A stretch of DNA of 63,943 nucleotides from a virus (Duplodnaviria > Caudoviricetes), in IMG/VR virus record IMGVR_UViG_3300025103_002730, positions 1-63,943 of that record, one strand, 5' to 3'. Position 1 is the stretch's first letter. Each line of letters opens with the position of its first letter. Both the position numbers and the translations under genes were made by a program. The notes below the pieces were generated by a model. That model had not been told where the DNA came from. It did not search any database and was given only the letters and a program-made list of their open reading frames with translations. This document shows positions 1-9,967 of the stretch, in pieces.

Positions 1-1
1 C

Positions 2-3000
2 TTCTGCCCAATTACGGAGTGGATTCCGTTTAAGTTATACCTCTTTGACAATCCCCATTCTGATGTTTCGGATAAGACGGTCACCATTAAGAGCTTAAAA
101 TACGCTGCTCCTAGACGAGATGTCAATGGTAAGCTGTTTAACACTAGGGTCGATGGTGGGTATACAGATTACAACCCCGAAAATACAGCCTCTCAAGGGG
201 TTGGTGATCTAGATCTACATACCAATCCAGTCACTAAGAAGTGGGAGAGTGGTTCTCCGGTTTTATTTGCTAAGATGACTACTAGTGTTGGATATCCAAC
301 CGTCCCAAGTATAGACCACCTTGAGACTAGTGATATAGCGGAAAACCTAGATGGTGACGACTACGAAACGACCAAGTTCATACCCGCTAGCGGGGAGGCT
401 ATGCCTATTCGTCCACAAAACGGAAACCCTCTACAGTGGCAACCAAACTATCTAAGACCAGATGACGTTAGATGTGTAGATGAAGAAAACCCTGATTATG
501 ATAAAGAAACCCTCTCAGTTTATAACTTCAGCACTCACCGTAAATTTGATCGTGGTGACGAGGTCATGCTTACACGTATTGACGGTGTGTGGCACATATC
601 CGCCATGGGGACCAATACGGGTGAGACAGAAGAAGTGGCAGGCTCAGTGAATAAGTGGGGTGAATTCACCTACATGATGACCAACGCTGATTACTTCTTT
701 AGAAATACTGATGGTGCTAGTTTTGCTCCTAGAGACGCTGAACAATTCTTTCACAAGTTATACTATGATGGAGACCCCGTAAATACCGGGTTGGACTACG
801 GTTTAGATGGAGGGTGGGACGCAAATCAAACATTCAACACGGCTAATGTTATGGATGTATATCTTAGACATGGTTATGCCCAAACAACCTCTTTTGATTA
901 CCTAGATAGTACCATATTTGGTATTCGTGGTAAGGCTGGTACCGTTGGTAAATTTGACGATAAGTGTTCAATTGCTACTACAAGTGCCCTAGAAACTGCT
1001 GGAGGTGTTCGTATTCCTCCTCCTGACGCCGATACCAACACAAGAAACGCTGCTCACGCTGGGGTTTTCTTTGGATGTGTATTTCCGGGTGGATATACAG
1101 GTGCGTCTGTCTATTTAGATGATAGACCTTGGGATACTAAGGTTCGAGCTGTTGGAACGACCGTGGCAACTGATAACTACATAAATACAGAGACAACCAA
1201 TAGTAAAAAAAAGATTTTCGACGCAGGAAATGGCACTTCGGACCGAAATAACTGTAGACAGCCCGTTGGGTCTGACCCATTCGATCAAATTAGTGCTAGT
1301 GACAATAGGTGGTCTAGGGCTGATAGTAGATATTCTGCTAATATATTTGCTAAGGATAGAAATACTAACAGTGCTATATTAGCTTCCGTGCCAGCGGACG
1401 TGATGACTAATGCTTCTCCCACAGGGAAAAACGGTAGCCCCTTATATCCAGTCCATAGGTTTAAGGATATGCACCGTAGAGATGAGGACGTTAAACCATT
1501 AGCTGGTAAAGCATTTTTACAGGGTATGTGGTTGGGTAAAAATGATACGGCTGGCTCTGATGAATTTGATGATAGTGATAGTGCTTTTGATTTCTCCCCT
1601 ATATCTAGGAACAAATTGATGTTCCGACCTTTGAAGATGGAGGCGTATATTCAATTTGGTGTTAACAACAATGGTCCGGAAGCCGGAGATATTGCTAGGG
1701 AACTTTCTAAGACAACAACACAACAGAAGAAAGGATTTTGTGCTGAGGCACGTCGCACTCAAAAAGATTGGAATAGACCTGCTACGGCCTTTTTTGAGGA
1801 TAGAGAGCGAGGTGAAACAGACGAGTGGCACTTTGACCACCTGCATTCGCCTCTTTGGAGTGATGATGGGTTATCTTGGGGTGGAGATGTTACACAGGAT
1901 ATACGATATTATAATCTTCACGAATTTGACTACTGGGATAATAGCCTCGGCCCAACGAAATGGAGTAATGATATTCAACACCCTTTCGGTAATGGTAACT
2001 GGAAGGGTGCTAAAGCCTTTGGGGTCATCACTACGTTCAATACTGTAACTGCTAACAGTCAGATAGACATTACTACTGATAATATCTATGGAATGGGTCC
2101 TGCTGGTCATGGCGATTTTACTATAGCAGGTGGTTATGCTCACCAAGATAGAACTTGGGGTGTTTCTGAATTCATTGACTCTTACAAGCAAGAAAACATT
2201 ATTGACTTGAGTTTGAGGGTATATCATCAACATCCTAGAGATCAGACCCTATATGACCCTAGGACGTTCGCAGTTCATCATTTCAATCCAGATGTCAGAT
2301 TGAGGGGAGGCAAATTCTTAGATGATGATGGTGAGGAAAAACTACTAGATCCATTTAGACCTATTCAGATTCAGGGAGACATCACAGAGGGTGCCGTTCT
2401 GGGCGGTGGAGATGTTGAGTATAGCTACAGCTATGAAGAAACTCGCAGCGAGGTAGACATAAGGGTTATATCCAGACATGCCAAACATATAGACCATGAG
2501 TTACCCGGTCTTCAAGATACCGATCTCTATAAGAGCGGCCAGGAGTATGAAGCTGTAAAACTCAACGTTGGTGAGTATGTCCTGTCTGATGTGACCCTCG
2601 ATATTGACCAGCAACGTCAACCACCTGTGATATCCAGTAAGTTCTGGCGTATTGACGATGTACGTGTGGGAAAACTGTTACCCTTTAGGTATAACACGTT
2701 AGAAGTGGGTGTTCCAACCCCGGAAAATGAAGTCTTTTTTGTTAACGATGGAGTACGCTCCAGATCTCATACTGGATTGAATGCTTCAACGCTTAATATA
2801 AAAGACATGATGATAATCAAAAATCTGGGAACAGGTTATAAAACCGGAGATATCGTGGGGTTGAATTCTAGAGGTGTTAAGTTCAAGATTACCGCACTGC
2901 TTGGTGCCCCCGTGGGATTAGAGTGTCTATCTCGTGGATCAGGCATCACAGCGTCTCAGGTAGCCTCCTACGACGATACTTTCAAAGAGGGTGAAGATGG

Positions 3001-3427
3001 CCCTCTGGAAATAACAACGCTGGAGAGCGTAGCTGGGACAGGTTTTGACGCATATTTTGTGGCAGGTAAGGTTTATGAGAAGTTGAATACTGATCCCAAG
3101 CCATATCTGATGAAAAGAAACGGTGAGGAAATTATACGAATAGCAGCAGATGAGTCTCAGGGCACCCATCTTACCTACGGACACACATCAGCAGCGGAAG
3201 CTGGTGCTTTTATCAACGAATCTAGAGAAACGACGTTTACTTTAGATCCAGCCCTATATTCTGCTAATAAGGAGTACGACCTCTTCTTCCACTTCCATAA
3301 TGATATAACTATGACGTGGATGTCAAGTAAAAAGGGTTTCTTTGGGTCTTCTGCAAGAACGAAGGTTCCCCCACATCAAACACCAGCCGATGAACAACAC
3401 ATCACAGTTAACATTAATCCACGATAA
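2..3427 (+). CDS. Large putative virion/tail-associated structural protein, 5'-truncated by the window
   Basis: The frame is open from base 2 (FCPITEWIPFKLYLFD...) into the listed ATG at 275, so the gene starts upstream of the window. Protein is >1140 aa, rich in G/D/T/N, has no enzyme motif, and has a 'NLGTGYKTGDIV' segment of the kind seen in tail/baseplate proteins. Confidence 0.55.
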   Translation, partial: FCPITEWIPFKLYLFDNPHSDVSDKTVTIKSLKYAAPRRDVNGKLFNTRVDGGYTDYNPENTASQGVGDLDLHTNPVTKKWESGSPVLFAKMTTSVGYPTVPSIDHLETSDIAENLDGDDYETTKFIPASGEAMPIRPQNGNPLQWQPNYLRPDDVRCVDEENPDYDKETLSVYNFSTHRKFDRGDEVMLTRIDGVWHISAMGTNTGETEEVAGSVNKWGEFTYMMTNADYFFRNTDGASFAPRDAEQFFHKLYYDGDPVNTGLDYGLDGGWDANQTFNTANVMDVYLRHGYAQTTSFDYLDSTIFGIRGKAGTVGKFDDKCSIATTSALETAGGVRIPPPDADTNTRNAAHAGVFFGCVFPGGYTGASVYLDDRPWDTKVRAVGTTVATDNYINTETTNSKKKIFDAGNGTSDRNNCRQPVGSDPFDQISASDNRWSRADSRYSANIFAKDRNTNSAILASVPADVMTNASPTGKNGSPLYPVHRFKDMHRRDEDVKPLAGKAFLQGMWLGKNDTAGSDEFDDSDSAFDFSPISRNKLMFRPLKMEAYIQFGVNNNGPEAGDIARELSKTTTQQKKGFCAEARRTQKDWNRPATAFFEDRERGETDEWHFDHLHSPLWSDDGLSWGGDVTQDIRYYNLHEFDYWDNSLGPTKWSNDIQHPFGNGNWKGAKAFGVITTFNTVTANSQIDITTDNIYGMGPAGHGDFTIAGGYAHQDRTWGVSEFIDSYKQENIIDLSLRVYHQHPRDQTLYDPRTFAVHHFNPDVRLRGGKFLDDDGEEKLLDPFRPIQIQGDITEGAVLGGGDVEYSYSYEETRSEVDIRVISRHAKHIDHELPGLQDTDLYKSGQEYEAVKLNVGEYVLSDVTLDIDQQRQPPVISSKFWRIDDVRVGKLLPFRYNTLEVGVPTPENEVFFVNDGVRSRSHTGLNASTLNIKDMMIIKNLGTGYKTGDIVGLNSRGVKFKITALLGAPVGLECLSRGSGITASQVASYDDTFKEGEDGPLEITTLESVAGTGFDAYFVAGKVYEKLNTDPKPYLMKRNGEEIIRIAADESQGTHLTYGHTSAAEAGAFINESRETTFTLDPALYSANKEYDLFFHFHNDITMTWMSSKKGFFGSSARTKVPPHQTPADEQHITVNINPR

Positions 3428-3438
3428 TCACACGTTTT

Positions 3439-3447
3439 GTGTATAAT
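3439..3447 (+). promoter_or_regulatory. GTGTATAAT motif, putative phage-specific (late) promoter
   Basis: TTTTGTGTATAAT in the intergenic gap, 35 nt before the RBS (AAGGAG)/ATG 3483. No -35 box. The motif recurs on the - strand at several other gene starts. Confidence 0.55.
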
Positions 3448-3482
3448 ACTACAGAAACTTCCAAACAAGGAGATCGATAAAT

Positions 3483-4244
3483 ATGGCATCAATCACGTTC
3501 CATGCTAACAATAACAACATTTACCCTAGCAATCCGACAAATCCCCCTGATTTGATCGACCACGCGGCAGGCTCTGGCATGGGCTTCTTTGGTGGCGGTT
3601 TCGGTATTTCTGTCCCGGTAAATGACTATCAGACCACAATGTACGTAACCAACTCAAATGGTACTGCATCTGGGGTTAGGTGCTCCAACACTAAATATAG
3701 TGATACTGTCGCCTTCCCCAGTAGTGGGGTTCAGATTCAGGGCGGTGTAACCACTGGAACATCTGGTATTCCCAACATCGCGGCCCCTCTCAATATTCGA
3801 TTTGAGCACTCTGAGGGAGTTAGGGTCCAAAACTGTAAACTACGTATCTTTGACCGCTCTGATATCGCACAACATGCTAGTGGTGTGACTACACAGGTTT
3901 ACGAAGTACGTCATCCGCACCCTGTTGAGGGAGTCGATTTTGGTGCTGACAAGGGTCCACTGAAGCATCGTGGCGTAACTGACGCACACGGTTGGACACA
4001 GTTTGCTGACGGTTTCTCTATGACCGACATGGTTATGACCGCTGGTCCCGGCCCAAGTGGGCTGAATACCAACTCCAGCGAAGTGCTGGCGACTGGAGAT
4101 GGATCTTACACTAACTGGATTTCTCAGTCTGGTGAGTCGTGTATTGCTGCTCGTCATGACTGGTTTGTAGCTATGAGTGCCTCTCCCGATAGTATTGGAA
4201 GTAAGACGGATTTTGGTCTGTACTTTACTTTGGAGTATCTGTAA
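3483..4244 (+). CDS. Putative virion structural protein
   Basis: 253 aa, G/S/T-rich, strong RBS AAGGAG, starts with MA, ends LYFTLEYL; follows the large structural ORF. Confidence 0.5.
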   Translation: MASITFHANNNNIYPSNPTNPPDLIDHAAGSGMGFFGGGFGISVPVNDYQTTMYVTNSNGTASGVRCSNTKYSDTVAFPSSGVQIQGGVTTGTSGIPNIAAPLNIRFEHSEGVRVQNCKLRIFDRSDIAQHASGVTTQVYEVRHPHPVEGVDFGADKGPLKHRGVTDAHGWTQFADGFSMTDMVMTAGPGPSGLNTNSSEVLATGDGSYTNWISQSGESCIAARHDWFVAMSASPDSIGSKTDFGLYFTLEYL

Positions 4245-4262
4245 GATTCTGTAAGATTGTGC

Positions 4263-4291
4263 TTGACTTTTCACTGTAAAATGAGTATAAT
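4263..4291 (+). promoter_or_regulatory. Sigma-70-type promoter
   Basis: TTGACT-17 nt-TATAAT upstream of the endonuclease gene at 4354. Confidence 0.7.
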
Positions 4292-4294
4292 ACA

Positions 4295-4323
4295 GCGGCG
4301 GGTAGTTTGCCCGTCGTTTTTTT
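4295..4323 (+). terminator. Rho-independent terminator after the structural genes
   Basis: Stem GCGGCGGGTA-GTT-TGCCCGTCGT followed by a T run. Confidence 0.75.
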
Positions 4324-4353
4324 TGCCTTTTAGGACACGACTGGTATATAAAT

Positions 4354-5820
4354 ATGAGTATGTTAAAAGAGATACGCCGAGACGAAAAACCGGGATATAG
4401 TTGGTATCGGTGTGACTGCGGGGTCGAAAAAAGGATTAGAAGAAACGCCGTCACAAGCAATGGAACGAAATCTTGCGGGTGCCATCGAAGAAGAACCGCG
4501 ATTAAGAATGGGAAAAAAGTCTCTACACACGGTATGTCAAACACTCCTGTTTATCGCTTTTGGTCTGAATCAAAATCTAAGGGATACCTCAAAGAAGAGT
4601 GGCACGACTTTAATATTTTCTATCAAGAGGCTGGTAAGGATTACAAATTAGGAATGCAGATCGTCAACGGCCAATGGGTTAATTCTAGTCAGTCTAAGAA
4701 ACACAGAACTGAGGAAACATCATTTAAGAAATTTGGGGTTAATTACCCTACTCAATCTGAATCTGTAAAACAAAAGATTAAGGAAACCAATATCGAAAGA
4801 TATGGCGTAGCAGTAGTAACTAAGTCAGAGGTCATTAAAAAGAAAACCGTCGAAACCTGCATGAAAAAATACGGAGTTCCACATCACTCTATGACTCCAG
4901 AGTACAAGGAGCGGGCTAGTCAGAGAAATTCAGCAAAGTTTGAAGGAAAAACCAGTGGTGAGTGGGCTAAGGAACTAGAGATTTCACGGTCCTACTTTAA
5001 CATACTTGTAAGAGAACATGGAATTGAATACGCACTATCTCACGAAAAGAACATTTCATCAATTGAACTTATGATAAGCAAAGTTCTACAAGAACTCGGT
5101 GTCGAATTTGAAACCCAACACAAGGTGGAAAACAAGATAGCCGACTTTTTCATTCCTAAATTCAATCTTGTTATAGAGGCAGACGGTCACTATTGGCACT
5201 CAGACGCAATTAATAAAGACAAGATGTATCATTGTAACAAGCGTCAACTTTATATTGATAATGGTCTCTCTCCCTTATTCTTTCGTGAGGGTGAGATTGT
5301 TCGTAAAACCGATATTGTTCGGTCTATTATCGTCAATAAACTTGGAATGTCTAAAAAGATTTTTGCTCGCAAGTGCTCTCTGGTTAACCTAAATCTAAAA
5401 GACAGAAAGTCTTTTCTTGAAACAAATCACTTGATGGGGCCGGGTCGCGGGAAGTGTTTTGCTTTAGAATTCAGCGGAGAAATTGTTGCGGTCATACAGT
5501 ATACCAACAGAAATGGTAATATTGATGTTTCCAGATTTTGTTCTAGTATGGGCGTCCAAGTTGTGGGAGGGTTCTCTAAACTTCTCACTGCTATGGAACG
5601 CTTAGAATCGCCCCTCTCAGTAACGAACTTTGTAGACCTACGATACGGTACAGGTGCTCATCTGGAGCAGTTTGGGTTTAATCTGGAGCGTTGTGGAGTC
5701 AGTTTTGCTTGGGTCAAAGACTTAGACTGTATACATCGTATGAGATTTCCCGGAAAATCAGGATACGAACACGGGTTTAGAAGAATGTACGACTGTGGAC
5801 AAGCTAAGTTTGTCAAATAG
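4354..5820 (+). CDS. Free-standing homing endonuclease (Hef-like, Vsr/DUF559-type PD-(D/E)XK domain)
   Basis: N-terminal CDCG...TKSCGC module, 'ETNIERYG/ETCMKKYG' repeats, catalytic-like 'ADFFIPKFNLVIEADGHYWHS', and a C-terminal 'IFARKC...FLETNHL...SRFC...GGFSKLL...YDCG' domain. Confidence 0.8.
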   Translation: MSMLKEIRRDEKPGYSWYRCDCGVEKRIRRNAVTSNGTKSCGCHRRRTAIKNGKKVSTHGMSNTPVYRFWSESKSKGYLKEEWHDFNIFYQEAGKDYKLGMQIVNGQWVNSSQSKKHRTEETSFKKFGVNYPTQSESVKQKIKETNIERYGVAVVTKSEVIKKKTVETCMKKYGVPHHSMTPEYKERASQRNSAKFEGKTSGEWAKELEISRSYFNILVREHGIEYALSHEKNISSIELMISKVLQELGVEFETQHKVENKIADFFIPKFNLVIEADGHYWHSDAINKDKMYHCNKRQLYIDNGLSPLFFREGEIVRKTDIVRSIIVNKLGMSKKIFARKCSLVNLNLKDRKSFLETNHLMGPGRGKCFALEFSGEIVAVIQYTNRNGNIDVSRFCSSMGVQVVGGFSKLLTAMERLESPLSVTNFVDLRYGTGAHLEQFGFNLERCGVSFAWVKDLDCIHRMRFPGKSGYEHGFRRMYDCGQAKFVK

Positions 5821-5852
5821 AAAAAGCCCCGACCATTTGGCCGGGGCTTCTT
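5821..5852. terminator. Bidirectional terminator between convergent transcription units
   Basis: AAAAAGCCCCGACC-ATTT-GGCCGGGGCTTCTT: GC-rich hairpin with an A run on one side and a T-rich run on the other. Confidence 0.75.
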
Positions 5853-5880
5853 CGTTGGCAGAGGTATCTAACAATGCCTC

Positions 5881-6237
5881 TTATTCGTTCACACCCTTCT
5901 CTTTATTCCACCGTACCCAGCCACCATTAGGTAACCAGTCGTCGCCATCCTTGCGTTTGGGGAATAGTCCGCCACCCGTTTTGTGGGCACCGAACGCCAG
6001 TTTCGCTCGACAATTAAGATCCTTGCAGTGGATTTCGTGATACAAGTTGTCGTCGTTGTTGCGAACGACAAAGCGAACGTCATCATTGCCACATCTTCCA
6101 CATTTGTTTTGCCCGAATACTTCCTGAAAACGACCTACAGCTTGGAAGATATCTGTCTGACCGTCTCCCTCTAGCTCAACGCTCCAACGTCCATCGGGTG
6201 ACTTGTGTGTAACTTTCATTTGCTCGTGCTTCTCCAA
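5881..6237 (-). CDS. Small Zn-finger protein, possibly nucleic-acid binding
   Basis: CGRC and HCKDLNC motifs; coupled to the SSAP-like gene. Confidence 0.5.
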   Translation of the reverse strand: MEKHEQMKVTHKSPDGRWSVELEGDGQTDIFQAVGRFQEVFGQNKCGRCGNDDVRFVVRNNDDNLYHEIHCKDLNCRAKLAFGAHKTGGGLFPKRKDGDDWLPNGGWVRWNKEKGVNE

Positions 6238-6992
6238 TCATTTTGGTAAGAAAAAATAGAATCTGGAATCAACGACTTATCGCCTTGATACTCGTTTAGT
6301 TTTTCAATCGCGTCACTCGCCTGTCGTTTGTCAACCTTGCGGCTAACATTGATTTTGAATACGTCTTTGAAAAATGTCGTCACATTGATATCCAACTGCT
6401 TTGCTTTAATGTCAATGAAGTTGGCTTGAGGATCTGTCATCCTCCCCGAATTGTCATATTCACCCTCCGTCGAAGAATTCTTCTTGCCACTCAGTTCTTT
6501 TACGATACTGGCGGTGTTCTTGCTTGTCATTTCCTCTGAAGAAGCTGTCTTGATTCCAAGAGCCTTCCGCAAAGCACGACTCTCAGCCCGTGTGGCTGCT
6601 GTCGCAGTGTTAAACACACAGAATGCGTCATCTGTGTTTCCTTCCCAACAGTCGGCTACGTCGGCAAATACTTGCCCCGTACAAAATCTCACTTCCCATA
6701 CGACCGTTGCTCGTCCAATCTCATCATGAGTGCTTGGTGGGAATACCTGAGTGGGACGACTCTCAATCACTGGCCCTAATACCAATTCTGCTACACGTCT
6801 CAGTCCAGCACAGGTTGGACGTTCAGCGAACATCTCACTGTCTTCAAACAGAGACATGACCCAGTCGTTCCACTCCGGAGAAGTCCTACTCGGACCATCC
6901 AGAACGATCCTGTCCACACTTCCAGTCGCTTTCATAGCTTCCGTTGACGGACTCTCTAGTTCAGTACCCTCAAACAAATCATCTTCTGCCAT
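6216..6992 (-). CDS. Rad52/Sak-like single-strand annealing protein
   Basis: 'ATAATRAESRALRKALGI' resembles the conserved helix of Rad52-family SSAPs; C-terminal 'MTDPQANFI...KRQASDAIEKL' small domain. Confidence 0.55.
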   Translation of the reverse strand: MAEDDLFEGTELESPSTEAMKATGSVDRIVLDGPSRTSPEWNDWVMSLFEDSEMFAERPTCAGLRRVAELVLGPVIESRPTQVFPPSTHDEIGRATVVWEVRFCTGQVFADVADCWEGNTDDAFCVFNTATAATRAESRALRKALGIKTASSEEMTSKNTASIVKELSGKKNSSTEGEYDNSGRMTDPQANFIDIKAKQLDINVTTFFKDVFKINVSRKVDKRQASDAIEKLNEYQGDKSLIPDSIFSYQNDWRSTSK

Positions 6993-7790
6993 TTACTCCA
7001 CCTCTATAAAACGTTTGTTTCTTGACGGAAACTTATCATTGATTTTCTCAATGTGAGCCAAGACCTGTTCGATTAGGTCTTCTCGTTTCGCCAAAGATTC
7101 CTGTCCTAGTGATTTCACGCGAATCACAGCGTATCCTTTGGTCAGTAGGGAGCCGTTCTTTCTCAGGTCTGCATTCATCTGTTTTTGCAGCTTCTCTTCT
7201 CCCCAAATTGGTAAGAAGTGCGAAGGCCCGTCTACCTCTATTATAGTCTTCAACTCGGGAATATACAGGTCAATTTCCAGCTTTTCTGCTGGAATAATGA
7301 GTTTATGTAACTCAACTTTGTACCCGGATTCTTCAATTCTTTCCTCGAAAATCTTCTCCAGTTTTGACCCTTCTGAAGCAGCCACGCGGATAGCTTTGAC
7401 GCCCTTAGCACGCATAGTTTCCTTCTGCTTATTGGTCATTTTATTCCAGTTTTCTTTCGCCATATCTACACGGCGATTACGTTCCTCGTCGCCCATAGTG
7501 TTCCAGTAGACTTCCAGACTACTACTGATCTTCACACGTTCCTCCTTGGAGCGTGTCTTGCCAGCGGTTGGGTGTTTACTACGGCCTGAGTCTAGTGCTG
7601 CCTTTTGAGCACTGCTCCTATCCTTTAGCTTGCGACCGTGCTTCAGTAGGGTGCGGCGAATCTTATTAGGGTACGTATCTAGATGTTTAGCGATAGCGTA
7701 AGTGCTGTTGTCGTTATCATACATCTTTAAAACCGTCTGCTCAAAATCACTCATCGAAAACCTCTCTAATTTGTTGCAGAGAGAACCCAT
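6993..7790 (-). CDS. HTH + DUF559/Vsr-like endonuclease
   Basis: N-terminal HTH (STYAIAKHLDTYPNKIRRTL) and 'EIDLYIPELKTIIEVDGPSH'. True start is probably MSDFEQ at 7754. Confidence 0.7.
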   Translation of the reverse strand: MGSLCNKLERFSMSDFEQTVLKMYDNDNSTYAIAKHLDTYPNKIRRTLLKHGRKLKDRSSAQKAALDSGRSKHPTAGKTRSKEERVKISSSLEVYWNTMGDEERNRRVDMAKENWNKMTNKQKETMRAKGVKAIRVAASEGSKLEKIFEERIEESGYKVELHKLIIPAEKLEIDLYIPELKTIIEVDGPSHFLPIWGEEKLQKQMNADLRKNGSLLTKGYAVIRVKSLGQESLAKREDLIEQVLAHIEKINDKFPSRNKRFIEVE

Positions 7791-8193
7791 CCATTAGTAC
7801 TGGCGATACACCAGTTAGTCTCAGGAATTCCCCCCTATCTACTTCGTTTGTTACCAACACCTTGTGGTTATTGGCTATTCTAATCAATTCAAAGATAGTC
7901 TTCTCATTCTTATCTGCGGCATTGAAAAGATACGCCACCTTGAATTTGTTGACCACATTCTCTGCTTTTACAGTACCAATTATAGATGTAGTAATCAGAT
8001 GGCCCGTAAAGTGCCACAATTCTGTTGCGTCAAACATCCCGAATTTAGTCTGGATCGGATTGAAATTGACAGTATCGAAGAACACAGCCGCATCTTCAAG
8101 GTTGTTATCTTCGACCTCTTTGTTTAGGAAGTTGTATATCTCCAAGTTCCGTGGTGTTCCACCGTTCGTATCTACATAAAACCCTAGTTTCAT
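7747..8193 (-). CDS. Hypothetical protein
   Basis: 148-aa ORF translationally coupled to its neighbours. Confidence 0.6.
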   Translation of the reverse strand: MKLGFYVDTNGGTPRNLEIYNFLNKEVEDNNLEDAAVFFDTVNFNPIQTKFGMFDATELWHFTGHLITTSIIGTVKAENVVNKFKVAYLFNAADKNEKTIFELIRIANNHKVLVTNEVDRGEFLRLTGVSPVLMDGFSLQQIREVFDE

Positions 8194-9137
8194 AAATTTG
8201 TTTCCCTTTCTTTTATGTTTGTATCGTCTACGTACCAGTCAATGGTCTTTTTGAGACCCTCTTTTAGTTCAGTCTTAGCTTCCCAGTCCAGTAGCGTCTT
8301 GGCTTTATCTACATTTAGGCATCTACGGGGTTGTCCATCACGCTTACTTGTGTCCCATCGGAAATTGCCCTCATATCCCATCAGATCACTGATTAAGTCA
8401 ACTAGTTCACGGATAGTGATTTCCTGACCTGTTCCAATATTGATTGGTTCTGGGCCGGGATCTTTCTTAATAGCCTGAGCTATCACCTCCACACAGTCTG
8501 GAGCGTACAGGAATTCCCTAGATGCGTGCCCAGTACCCCACACGTTGACACATTCCTTGCCCTCTTTCATAGTTTCGTGGATTTTCATGATCAGGGCTGG
8601 GATTACATGACTGGTAGTGGTGTTGAAGTGGTCATAAGGACCGTACATGTTTACGGGAATTAGGTTGACCACATCCATTCCGTACTGCTCTACGTATGCC
8701 TCTCCGAGCCTCATTAGGGTCTTTTTGGCAATACCATAGGGTGCGTTGGTCTCTTCGGGATAGCCGTACCAGATATCCTCTTCCTTGAAGGGTACGGGCG
8801 TGTGTTTAGGGTAAGCACAGACAGTCCCCAACATTACAACTTTAGGGACTTTGAATATTCTGGCTTGCTCTAGGACATTAATGCCCATAGCAAGATTTTC
8901 ATACATGAACTTTCCGGGATTATCACGGTTTGCTCCTATGCCACCAACGCTCCCAGCGGCATGGACAATAACATCTGGATTATATCCCGAGATTAGTAAT
9001 TCTGCACTGAATTCGTCTGTTAGGTCAACATGCTTAGACCCTACGCCATCAATGTGATCATCCGGGAAATACTGAAGCAAGTGCTGTTTGATATTATTTC
9101 CCAAAAACCCTGTGCCGCCAGTGACTAAGATCTTCAT
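8190..9137 (-). CDS. fcl: GDP-L-fucose synthase
   Basis: GGTGFLG, AAGSVGGIGAN, 'GTVCAYPK', YGIAK, 'NMYGPYDHF...SHVIPAL', 'WGTGHASREFLY', 'DGQPRR'. Confidence 0.92.
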   Translation of the reverse strand: MKILVTGGTGFLGNNIKQHLLQYFPDDHIDGVGSKHVDLTDEFSAELLISGYNPDVIVHAAGSVGGIGANRDNPGKFMYENLAMGINVLEQARIFKVPKVVMLGTVCAYPKHTPVPFKEEDIWYGYPEETNAPYGIAKKTLMRLGEAYVEQYGMDVVNLIPVNMYGPYDHFNTTTSHVIPALIMKIHETMKEGKECVNVWGTGHASREFLYAPDCVEVIAQAIKKDPGPEPINIGTGQEITIRELVDLISDLMGYEGNFRWDTSKRDGQPRRCLNVDKAKTLLDWEAKTELKEGLKKTIDWYVDDTNIKERETNL

Positions 9138-9967
9138 TCTATTCCCTCCAAGAATTGCTTACCAAATGTCACCAACTCCGGGACATAGTTGTCTCTGATA
9201 AATTGCTCATACCCCTTAACGTCTGCTATCTTGTCGTAGATTGAGGCGTCAAAAGTCATATCTCCAACAATGTATTCTGGGGTATCTATCTCCTGAAAGT
9301 TGAAACCGTTGACTACTGGGTCATACCGCTGGTTGATATAGCCTACCGGATGGTTCCACTTCTTATATTCGTAATGCTTATACCACAGTTGTTTTAGGGC
9401 ATAATACCGTAGATTGATACCTTGTAGATGAATAACCCCGGCTTCCTTCAGTCTACGCTGCTCAAGGTTTACCTGTGGGGTGCGTGGAGTATGATACTTG
9501 AATTGACTCAGATCAAACTCGTGGGTATTCTGTAGAGGCAGTAGGAATGTGCGAAAGTTGTCCCAATACATAGGGTCCGCTCTGAACTTCCCCATGTCTC
9601 CCACAACGTTGTACCAGAAGAGTTGAATATCATAGAGGGTATTTAACTCTAATAGTGGCTCCCAGTTATTTAACCAAGATTGAGTTAATAGCTCGTCGGC
9701 ATCTATAGCTAGTACGAAATCGACACCACTAGCCCTAGAGTGGGATAACATTGCCTGCCTATTGTGACTTTCGTTAAATTCTGTTCTCTTCCCCTCAATA
9801 ACGAAGGCTTTACCCCCAAATAGATCGCGGATTACCTCTATGGTATTGTCAGTAGAGTTGTCGTCGTAGAAAACCCACTTGTCAATAGGGTAATCCTTCC
9901 AGTATTTGTATACCTCTGGGAGGATCAACGCTTCGTTCTGTATCATTACGTTAGCATGAACTATCAT
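9134..9967 (-). CDS. Glycosyltransferase family 2 (GT-A)
   Basis: 'YDDNSTDNT' and DADE (DxD) motifs. Confidence 0.8.
   Translation of the reverse strand: MIVHANVMIQNEALILPEVYKYWKDYPIDKWVFYDDNSTDNTIEVIRDLFGGKAFVIEGKRTEFNESHNRQAMLSHSRASGVDFVLAIDADELLTQSWLNNWEPLLELNTLYDIQLFWYNVVGDMGKFRADPMYWDNFRTFLLPLQNTHEFDLSQFKYHTPRTPQVNLEQRRLKEAGVIHLQGINLRYYALKQLWYKHYEYKKWNHPVGYINQRYDPVVNGFNFQEIDTPEYIVGDMTFDASIYDKIADVKGYEQFIRDNYVPELVTFGKQFLEGIE

Noticed and set aside
3840-4544. 234-aa - strand ORF and the many other short antisense ORFs in the track
   Set aside because: They overlap well-supported genes on the opposite strand and show no recognisable motifs.
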